Shown here one piece after another: positions 1-6,430 of a DNA stretch of 7,500 bases. Source of the DNA: an uncultured Erysipelotrichaceae bacterium (GTDB lineage: Bacteria > Bacillota_I > Bacilli_A > Erysipelotrichales > Erysipelotrichaceae). Where the stretch lies: NCBI GenBank assembly GCA_964457525.1, contig CAYWGS010000069.1, positions 1 through 7,500 on the forward strand, given 5' to 3'. Position numbers and translations under genes: made by a program. The notes under the pieces are model-generated. The model saw nothing but the letters and a program-made list of their open reading frames with translations, searched no databases and was not told where the DNA came from. Every line of letters starts with the position of its first letter. Within the stretch, counting starts at the first letter, position 1.

Positions 1-20
1 ATTTCTTTTTCAAACTAAAT

Positions 21-35
21 GCAATAAGTTATTGC
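21..35. repeat. Perfect 7-1-7 palindrome GCAATAA-G-TTATTGC, candidate protein-binding operator upstream of the transporter promoter
   Basis: Read directly: 21..35 equals its own reverse complement except the central base. A 1-nt centre makes an RNA hairpin implausible, so a dimeric DNA-binding site is the more natural reading. It lies about 35 bp upstream of the candidate -35. Confidence 0.3.
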
Positions 36-69
36 GTTTAATCTGCCATGTAACAAATAGTATTTTTGA

Positions 70-98
70 TTGACTTTAAGTATCAATTTGTCTAAACT
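70..98 (+). promoter_or_regulatory. Candidate sigma-A promoter for the BMP lipoprotein gene
   Basis: -35 TTGACT (70..75, 5/6), exact 17-nt spacer (76..92), -10 TAAACT (93..98, 4/6). The predicted leader is only about 30 nt and ends in the GGAGG RBS at 123..127, 7 nt before ATG 135. Confidence 0.4.
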
Positions 99-134
99 TG
101 AAATGTAGGAATTAACTACTACGGAGGAAAAGAA

Positions 135-1229
135 ATGAAGAAGCTTTTAGTTTTATTTGCTATTGCATTTCTTACACTTAGTTCATTAGCTGCTTGTGCA
201 CCTAAAGAAGAAGTGAAAGAAGAACCAACAGGTTACGAACTTGCTTTAGTAACTGATATTGGTACAATCGATGATAAATCATTTAACCAAGGCGCTTGGG
301 AAGGCTTAAAACAATACGCTGATGAAAATGGCGTAAGTTACAAGTACTACCAACCAACAGAAAAGAGTACAGATGCTTATGTAGCTGCGATCGAACTTGC
401 TGTTGAAAACGGTGCTAAAGTTGTTGTTACTCCTGGATACTTATTTGAACCTGCAGTATTTATTGCACAAGATATGTTCCCAGAAGTTAAGTTTATTTTA
501 TTAGATGGTACTCCACAAGATGGAACTTATACTGAATTCAGAATTGAAGAAAACGTTTATTCCGTATTCTACGCTGAAGAACAAGTTGGTTTCTTAGCTG
601 GTTACGCTGCTGTAAAAGATGGTTATACTAACTTAGGATTCATGGGTGGTATGGCTGTTCCTGCTGTTGTTCGTTTCGGTTATGGATTTGTACAAGGTGC
701 AAACTATGCTGCTGCTGAACTAGGCGTTAACGTTACATTAAAATACAAATATTTAGGTGGATTCGGACCTTCTCCTGACTACCAAACTGAAGCTGCTACT
801 TGGTTCCAAGGTGGAACACAAGTTATCTTCGCTGCTGCTGGTGGTGCTGGTAACTCTGTAATGGCTGCTGCTGAAGCTAATAATGGTAAAGTTATTGGTG
901 TTGATATCGACCAAGCTGCTGAATCAACAACAGTTATTACTTCTGCTACAAAAGGCTTAGGAGTATCTGTTTATGATGCTTTAACTGATTACTATGCTGG
1001 TAACTTCAAAGGTGGTTTATCTGTTACTTTAGGCGTTGATGTTGATGGTGTAAGACTTCCTGCTGATTTCTCACGTTTCACAACATTCACTGAAGCTGAC
1101 TACAATGCGATCTATGAAAAACTAGTTGCTGATACTGATGGTATTCGTTCTAATATTAAGAAAGATACTGATGTAAATGCTGCTAATGAATTACCTGTTA
1201 CTAACGTAACTGTTGAAGTAATTGAATAA
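135..1229 (+). CDS. BMP-family (basic membrane protein; PnrA/TmpC/NupN/Med-like) ABC transporter substrate-binding lipoprotein, probably nucleoside-binding
   Basis: 364-aa ORF with strong RBS (GGAGG 123..127). Lipoprotein signal peptide MKKLLVLFAIAFLTLSSLAAC has lipobox L-A-A-C (186..197, Cys21), followed by a Lys/Glu/Pro-rich linker. Family hallmarks are VTDIGTIDDKSFNQ near the N-terminus and VIGVDIDQ. An ATPase and two permeases of the matching family follow. Codon usage is strongly biased (Ala GCT, Gly GGT, Val GTT, Thr ACT), consistent with high expression. Confidence 0.93.
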   Translation: MKKLLVLFAIAFLTLSSLAACAPKEEVKEEPTGYELALVTDIGTIDDKSFNQGAWEGLKQYADENGVSYKYYQPTEKSTDAYVAAIELAVENGAKVVVTPGYLFEPAVFIAQDMFPEVKFILLDGTPQDGTYTEFRIEENVYSVFYAEEQVGFLAGYAAVKDGYTNLGFMGGMAVPAVVRFGYGFVQGANYAAAELGVNVTLKYKYLGGFGPSPDYQTEAATWFQGGTQVIFAAAGGAGNSVMAAAEANNGKVIGVDIDQAAESTTVITSATKGLGVSVYDALTDYYAGNFKGGLSVTLGVDVDGVRLPADFSRFTTFTEADYNAIYEKLVADTDGIRSNIKKDTDVNAANELPVTNVTVEVIE

Positions 1230-1234
1230 AAATT

Positions 1235-1261
1235 AAGACCACTTCGGTGGTCTTTTTTTTT
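1235..1261 (+). terminator. Rho-independent terminator (partial/attenuating) directly after the lipoprotein gene
   Basis: 8-bp perfect stem AAGACCAC (1235..1242) / GTGGTCTT (1247..1254) closing a c(UUCG)g tetraloop (1243..1246), running into a 9-T tract (1253..1261). It begins 6 nt after the TAA stop at 1227..1229. Confidence 0.85.
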
Positions 1262-1282
1262 GGATTTTTAGTATTGCAATCG

Positions 1283-1311
1283 TTTTCAAGGAATACTTAT
1301 TCGTGTATAAT
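1283..1311 (+). promoter_or_regulatory. Candidate internal sigma-A promoter driving the ATPase-permease genes
   Basis: -35 TTTTCA (1283..1288, 4/6), 17-nt spacer, consensus -10 TATAAT (1306..1311). RBS AGGAG (1322..1326) sits 7 nt before ATG 1334. Confidence 0.45.
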
Positions 1312-1333
1312 GTATCAGTACAGGAGAGCAAAT

Positions 1334-2869
1334 ATGGATTATGTTATAGAAATGCTAAACATAACAAAAGAGTTTCCAGGTATCATTGCAAATGATGATA
1401 TTACACTTCAAGTTAAGAAGGGCGAAATTCATGCGTTATTGGGTGAAAATGGGGCTGGAAAGTCCACATTAATGAGTGTTTTGTTTGGACTTTATATTCC
1501 TGAAAAGGGAACGATTAAAGTTCAAGGTAAGGAAGTTAAGATTAACAATCCTAATGCAGCAAATGATTTAGGAATTGGAATGGTGCATCAACATTTCAAG
1601 TTGGTACATAATTTTACAGTTCTAGAAAATATCGTGTTAGGCGTAGAAACTGTTAAAAATGGTTTTCTTAAAATGGATGAAGCTCGTAAGAAGATTGTTG
1701 CATTAAGTCAACAATACAACTTAAGAGTAGAACCAGATGCGATCATTGAAGATATTTCTGTAGGTATGCAACAGAGGGTCGAAATCTTGAAGATGTTATA
1801 TCGTGAAAATGATATTCTTATTTTTGATGAGCCTACAGCAGTATTAACACCTCAAGAAATTGATGAACTGATGAAAATAATGAAACGATTGATCGAAGAG
1901 GGTAAATCCATTATTTTTATTACGCATAAATTAAATGAGATAAAACAGGTTGCGGATCGTGTTTCTGTTTTACGCAAAGGTAAATACATTGGAACTGTTG
2001 ATGTAGCAAGTACTTCAAAAGAAGAAATGTCAGAAATGATGGTTGGCCGTAAGGTTATCTTTGAAATAGAAAAGAAAGAAGCTAATATTGGTGAAACAAT
2101 TTTAAGTGTTCATAATCTTTCTGTTAATTCAAGAGTACATGGGAAATCTGCTGTAAATAATGTTTCGTTCGATTTGCGTAAAGGTGAAATATTATGTGTT
2201 GCTGGGATTGAAGGTAATGGGCAGACTGAGCTTGTCTATGCTCTAACGGGTTTACTACCAATTGATGGTGGTGAAGTCCTTTATAAGGGTGAGAATATAG
2301 CGGATAAGTCTATTCGTTATCGTAATAGCCATGGTATTTCTCATATTCCAGAGGATCGTCACAAACATGGTTTAGTGTTGGATTTTACATTAGCTGAAAA
2401 TTTAGTTTTACAAACATATTTCTTAGATGAATTCCAAAAGAATGGATTTATTAACTTCAAATCTCGATTAAAGAATGCGGAAGAAATGATTGAACAATAT
2501 GATATTCGAAGTGGTGAAGGTCCAATAACTTATGTAAGAAGCATGTCAGGGGGTAACCAACAAAAAGCGATTGTAGCTCGTGAAGTTGAAAAGGATCCTG
2601 ATTTGATAATTGCTGTTCAGCCAACTCGTGGACTTGATGTTGGAGCGATTGAGTATATTCATAATCAATTGATTAAACAAAGAGATTTAGGTCGAGCAGT
2701 GTTACTTGTTTCTTTAGAGTTAAGTGAAGTTCTAGGTGTCAGTGATCGTATTGTTGTAATGTATGAAGGAGAAATTGTGGGTGATGTTAAACCTTCTGAA
2801 GTTACTCAACAAGAACTTGGCTTATACATGTCTGGTTCTAAGAGAGGGGTAGGTTATGAACGTAAGTAA
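1334..2869 (+). CDS. ABC transporter ATP-binding protein with two fused NBDs (CUT2 / NupO-YufO-RbsA-like)
   Basis: The track ORF starts at GTG 1247, but that codon lies inside the terminator stem. ATG 1334 has a proper RBS and gives the family-typical N-terminus MDYVIEMLNITKEFPG (511 aa). NBD1: Walker A GENGAGKST (1442..1468), signature-like SVGMQQR (1757..1777), Walker B ILIFDEPT (1814..1837). NBD2: GIEGNGQTE (2204..2230), SGGNQ (2546..2560), LIIAVQPT (2603..2626). Confidence 0.93.
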   Translation: MDYVIEMLNITKEFPGIIANDDITLQVKKGEIHALLGENGAGKSTLMSVLFGLYIPEKGTIKVQGKEVKINNPNAANDLGIGMVHQHFKLVHNFTVLENIVLGVETVKNGFLKMDEARKKIVALSQQYNLRVEPDAIIEDISVGMQQRVEILKMLYRENDILIFDEPTAVLTPQEIDELMKIMKRLIEEGKSIIFITHKLNEIKQVADRVSVLRKGKYIGTVDVASTSKEEMSEMMVGRKVIFEIEKKEANIGETILSVHNLSVNSRVHGKSAVNNVSFDLRKGEILCVAGIEGNGQTELVYALTGLLPIDGGEVLYKGENIADKSIRYRNSHGISHIPEDRHKHGLVLDFTLAENLVLQTYFLDEFQKNGFINFKSRLKNAEEMIEQYDIRSGEGPITYVRSMSGGNQQKAIVAREVEKDPDLIIAVQPTRGLDVGAIEYIHNQLIKQRDLGRAVLLVSLELSEVLGVSDRIVVMYEGEIVGDVKPSEVTQQELGLYMSGSKRGVGYERK

Positions 2870-3941
2870 ACTTTTAAATAATCGTGCTTTTAAAAGTGTT
2901 TCTGCTTCGATTATTGTTATATTAGTTGGCTTGGTTATTGGTTTTGGTATCTTATTAATTAGTAATCCTAGCCAAGCTGTTGATGGATTTATTATCATCT
3001 TAAAAGGCGGATTTAATGGTGGATTACGTGGTGTTGGAAATATGTTGCATAATGCAATGCCAATTATTTTAACTGGTTTATCTGTTGGATTTGCATTTAA
3101 GACAGGCTTGTTTAATATCGGTGCATCTGGCCAATTTATTTTAGGTGCGTTCGCAGCGATTTATATTGGTGTTAAATGGACATTTATTCCAGGTGGTTTA
3201 TTATGGATTGTTGCTTTATTGGGTGCTGCTCTTGCTGGTGCTTTATGGGGTGCGATTGCTGGGATATTGAAAGCATATCGAAATGTTAACGAAGTTATTA
3301 CTTCAATCATGTTGAATTACATTGGCATGTATTTAGTAAACTTCTTAGTTGTTAATACTGTATTTGATTTAACGCGTAATCAATCGATTGCACCAATTAA
3401 TGCATATTTACCTAGAGCTGGAATGGATCTGTTATTCCCGTTCTCATCTGTAAATGTTGGATTCATTATTGCGATTGGTGTTGCAATCATCATGTATATT
3501 GTTTTAGAGAAAACAACATTTGGCTTTGAACTAAAAGCTGTTGGTTATAATCGTGAAGCAAGTCGTTATGCTGGGATTGATGAGAAGAAGTGTATCATTT
3601 TATCGATGATGATTGCTGGTGCATTATCTGGTTTAGGTGGTGGATTACTTTACTTATCAAACACTGGGAAACATATCGAAGTTGTAGATGTATTAGCAGC
3701 TGAAGGATATAATGGTATTCCTGTAGCTTTATTAGGCTTATCTAATCCAATTGGTATTATCTTTGCAGGTTTATTTGTTGGGTATATGAACTTAGGTGGT
3801 TTCTATATGCAAAAACTAAGTTTTGTGCCTGAAGTAATTGATATTATGATTGCGATCATTATCTATTTTAGTGCCTTGTCTTTAGCGTTTAAGTCTTTCA
3901 TTGAGACATTGGCTAGAAAATTACGAGGTAAAACGCTATGA
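2856..3941 (+). CDS. ABC transporter permease (BMP/CUT2 system, NupP/YufP-like)
   Basis: 361-aa highly hydrophobic multi-TM protein. ATG 2856 overlaps the ATPase stop by 14 nt, with a purine-rich GAGAGGGG RBS upstream (translational coupling). It shows typical family features, including a Gly-rich SGLGGGLLY segment. Confidence 0.9.
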   Translation: MNVSKLLNNRAFKSVSASIIVILVGLVIGFGILLISNPSQAVDGFIIILKGGFNGGLRGVGNMLHNAMPIILTGLSVGFAFKTGLFNIGASGQFILGAFAAIYIGVKWTFIPGGLLWIVALLGAALAGALWGAIAGILKAYRNVNEVITSIMLNYIGMYLVNFLVVNTVFDLTRNQSIAPINAYLPRAGMDLLFPFSSVNVGFIIAIGVAIIMYIVLEKTTFGFELKAVGYNREASRYAGIDEKKCIILSMMIAGALSGLGGGLLYLSNTGKHIEVVDVLAAEGYNGIPVALLGLSNPIGIIFAGLFVGYMNLGGFYMQKLSFVPEVIDIMIAIIIYFSALSLAFKSFIETLARKLRGKTL

Positions 3942-4897
3942 CATTAAGTACATTTTATTTCTTAGTTCAACAAACCATGTTTTATTCAATTCCACTTTTA
4001 ATCGTTGCGATTGGTGGTATGTATTCTGAAAGAAGTGGGGTTGTTAATATTGCACTTGAAGGTATCATGATTATGGGTGCCTTTGTGAGTTTGTTTGTAA
4101 TGAATCAATTACAAGCAACGATGTCTGGTCAAACTTTATTGCTAATTGCGATGGGCATTGCTGTTATTACAGGTATGATTTTGTCTTTATTCCATGCTTA
4201 TGCATCGATTAACTTCAAAGCAAATCAAGTTATTAGTGGAACAGCATTAAATCTATTTGCTCCAGCATTTGCAATTTTTACAGCTCGTATGTTAAATGGT
4301 GTTCAACAAGTAACATTCTTAAATACGTTCCGTATTACTGAAGTTCCTATTCTAAGTCAAATTCCAATTTTAGGTGATCTATTCTTCAAGAATACATATA
4401 TCACAACTTATATTGGCTTCTTGATTTTAATTGTTGCTACAATTGTTCTTTATAAAACACGTTTTGGTTTACGTTTAAGAGCCTGTGGTGAACACCCACA
4501 AGCAGCTGATTCTGCAGGTGTTAATGTACGTAAAATGCGTTATATTGGTGTCTTGATTTCAGGTGCTTTAGGTGGATTAGGTGGTTTAGTCTTAATGGTA
4601 CCAGTTACAACTGCCTTCGATGGACAAGTAGGTGGTTATGGGTTCCTAGCTGTTGCGGTATTGATTTTTGGTCAATGGAAACCTGGTAGAATTTTATTCG
4701 CTGCGTTCTTCTTTGGACTCATGAAAACAATTTCTTCAGCCTATACTGGAATTCCAGCTCTACTTTCACTAGGTATTCCATCTTATGTATTTAAGATGAT
4801 ACCGTATCTTGCGACTATCATTATTCTAACCTTTACATCGAAGAAGTCAGCATCTCCAAGAGCTGCTGGTGAACCTTACGATCCAGGTAAACGATAA
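3938..4897 (+). CDS. ABC transporter permease (BMP/CUT2 system, NupQ/YufQ-like)
   Basis: 319-aa multi-TM protein. ATGA start/stop overlap with the upstream permease (3938..3941), with GAGGT RBS about 8 nt upstream. It carries a paralogous GALGGLGGLV motif and ends in TAA at 4895..4897. Confidence 0.9.
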   Translation: MTLSTFYFLVQQTMFYSIPLLIVAIGGMYSERSGVVNIALEGIMIMGAFVSLFVMNQLQATMSGQTLLLIAMGIAVITGMILSLFHAYASINFKANQVISGTALNLFAPAFAIFTARMLNGVQQVTFLNTFRITEVPILSQIPILGDLFFKNTYITTYIGFLILIVATIVLYKTRFGLRLRACGEHPQAADSAGVNVRKMRYIGVLISGALGGLGGLVLMVPVTTAFDGQVGGYGFLAVAVLIFGQWKPGRILFAAFFFGLMKTISSAYTGIPALLSLGIPSYVFKMIPYLATIIILTFTSKKSASPRAAGEPYDPGKR

Positions 4898-4927
4898 ACA
4901 AGAAGGCTTATGCCTTCTTGTTTTTTT
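4896..4927. terminator. Bidirectional intrinsic terminator shared by the convergent transporter operon and pncB
   Basis: 12-bp perfect stem AAACAAGAAGGC (4896..4907) / GCCTTCTTGTTT (4912..4923), loop TTAT (4908..4911). The + strand has a 7-T run (4921..4927). On the - strand the hairpin is followed by an interrupted U tract (UUUAUCGUUU). Confidence 0.85.
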
Positions 4928-6350
4928 GTATGAGTTCATTTTTTAAATCATATAACTTTTGTGATAAGTCGACATAATACTTATGTGGATTACGTAAACG
5001 TTTTGCTTCTTCCCATATTGTATTCATCTGATCACAACAATACTGTTTAGTTTCTTCGGTAGTCTTTGGGTTATAAACCAATTGACCATTTACAAAGATG
5101 GGTCTCTGTAATTGCTTGTAGTAATAATTTGTAATCGTCTTCTTTTTCCAAGGCGAAATTGGATCAAATAAGACATATTCATCATAAGGAATTACTTCAT
5201 CTGCGAGACAGATTAAATCAGCAATCGCCATATGCGTTTCATTATCATAGAAACGAATTAATTTCTTGAATCCAGGATTTGTTATCTTTTCGATATTTTC
5301 ACTTAGTTTTATGGTAGGAATAATTTCATCATTATTTTCGTATGCAACGACCTTATAAACACCGCCTAAAACCGGTTGAGATCTTGAGGTTATAAGGTTC
5401 TCACCAACACCAAATGTATCGATACGTGCATCTTGTACGAGTAAGTCATCAATAATATCTTCATCTAATGCATTTGAAGCAATAATCTTACAATCATATA
5501 AACCGTTTTGATCAAGCATTAATCGTGCTTTTTTTGATAGGTAAGCTAAGTCACCACTATCTAGACGAATTCCTTTTAATCGATATCCATTTGGAATGAG
5601 GTAATCGTATGCGACTTTAATTGCATTTGGAACACCACTATTGAGTGTATCGTATGTATCGACAAGTAATACAGAGTTGTTCGGTTGTATTTTTACATAT
5701 TCAAGGAATGCGGTATATTCATTTTCATGCATTTGTACAAAACTATGAGCCATTGTTCCAGATGTAGGAATATTGTACTTAAGACCTGCTAATGTATTAG
5801 AAGTGCCCACACATCCAGCGATATAAGCAGCACGTGCACCTTCAATGGACGCATCAATCCCTTGAGCACGACGCACACCAAACTCCATTACACCACGTTT
5901 TTTTGCTGATTCAACAATTCTTCGTGCTTTGGTTGTGATTAAAGTAGGGTAGTTGATGCAAATCAGAATTAATGTTTCTACCAATTGAGTTTGAATGAGT
6001 GGGCCTCTTACAGTTACTAATGGCTCATTTGTAAATACAGGTGTTCCTTCTTCAATTGACCAAATATCGAGTTTAAGTTCCATATTTTTTAAGTAATCCA
6101 AAAACTCTTCATCAAATAAGTTTAATGAGCGAAGATAATTTAAATCTCTTTCTTCAAACTTGTAGTTCTTGATTTGCTCAATTAATTGGTTTAATCCATT
6201 AAAGATTAAATAGCCTCCTTGATCGGGTATTGTACGTACAAACATATCAAAATAGGCAATATCTTCATGTTTCTTTTGTTTGAAATATGTATATGCCATG
6301 GTAAATTCATATAAGTCTGTTAATAAAGGTGAATTGGTATAGGCGTCCAT
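4908..6350 (-). CDS. pncB: Nicotinate phosphoribosyltransferase (NAPRTase, NAD salvage / Preiss-Handler pathway)
   Basis: 480-aa ORF. The N-terminus MDAYTNSPLLTDLYEFTMAYTYF is the characteristic NAPRTase opening (LTDxYxxTM). The internal GTMAHSFVQ and RLDSGDL segments match the conserved phosphohistidine and active-site regions of the family. The length is typical of Gram-positive PncB. Confidence 0.93.
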   Translation of the reverse strand: MDAYTNSPLLTDLYEFTMAYTYFKQKKHEDIAYFDMFVRTIPDQGGYLIFNGLNQLIEQIKNYKFEERDLNYLRSLNLFDEEFLDYLKNMELKLDIWSIEEGTPVFTNEPLVTVRGPLIQTQLVETLILICINYPTLITTKARRIVESAKKRGVMEFGVRRAQGIDASIEGARAAYIAGCVGTSNTLAGLKYNIPTSGTMAHSFVQMHENEYTAFLEYVKIQPNNSVLLVDTYDTLNSGVPNAIKVAYDYLIPNGYRLKGIRLDSGDLAYLSKKARLMLDQNGLYDCKIIASNALDEDIIDDLLVQDARIDTFGVGENLITSRSQPVLGGVYKVVAYENNDEIIPTIKLSENIEKITNPGFKKLIRFYDNETHMAIADLICLADEVIPYDEYVLFDPISPWKKKTITNYYYKQLQRPIFVNGQLVYNPKTTEETKQYCCDQMNTIWEEAKRLRNPHKYYVDLSQKLYDLKNELIQKNKKA

Positions 6351-6360
6351 TTATGGTTCA

Positions 6361-6403
6361 TTCCTGTTCTATGGTATTATATTGTTTAGTCAATTAATTA
6401 TAA
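6361..6403 (-). promoter_or_regulatory. Candidate pncB promoter and RBS (minus strand)
   Basis: On the - strand: consensus -10 TATAAT (complement of 6376..6381), a weak -35 TTATAA (6398..6403, 16-nt spacer), and RBS AGGAA (complement of 6361..6365) 10 nt before the ATG at 6350..6348. The -35 is poor, so this is tentative. Confidence 0.3.
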
Positions 6404-6430
6404 CATGACTATTGGATGAAGGAGTTTTCT

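Noticed and set aside
1-134. Possible purine/2'-dG/preQ1 riboswitch in front of the nucleoside transporter
   Set aside because: The predicted promoter leaves only about 30 nt of leader. I could not find the conserved purine-riboswitch core (three-way junction with the UAUAAU...CCGUAAAU-type loops) in the visible 134 nt. An element further upstream cannot be excluded because the window starts here.
709-873. Short GCT trinucleotide runs (gctgctgct at 709..717, 832..840, 865..873) as possible slippage/phase-variation tracts
   Set aside because: Each has only three units, all in frame, encoding Ala-Ala-Ala in a GCT-biased highly expressed gene. They are far too short for contingency-locus behaviour.
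1247-1333. 29-codon N-terminal extension (MVFFFGFLVLQSFSRNTYSCIMYQYRRAN) of the ATPase ORF as given in the track; could be read as a leader peptide or signal sequence
   Set aside because: It starts at a GTG inside the terminator stem with no RBS, and it spans the T tract and the TATAAT box. The downstream ATG 1334 has AGGAG at ideal spacing and gives the family-typical MDYVIEM N-terminus. This is an ORF-calling artefact.
3938-3941. Mollicute-type genetic code (TGA = Trp), given the low GC and the transporter type
   Set aside because: TGA at 3939..3941 works as the permease stop in a classic ATGA overlap. All long ORFs are intact under the standard code with Trp encoded by TGG. Code 11 fits.
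3630-4600. Similar DNA segments ggtttaggtggtggatta (about 3631..3650) and ggtggattaggtggttta (about 4571..4590) in the two permease genes; a possible repeat or recombination substrate
   Set aside because: Both encode the conserved Gly-rich GGLGG motif of paralogous permeases. The similarity is short and explained by shared ancestry and codon bias.
135-6350. Nucleoside-uptake operon plus pncB as one co-regulated 'salvage island' or a novel NAD-precursor (for example nicotinamide riboside) import system
   Set aside because: The genes are convergent and separated by a strong bidirectional terminator, so they are not co-transcribed. Adjacency of two common housekeeping salvage functions is insufficient evidence, and there is no sequence feature linking them.
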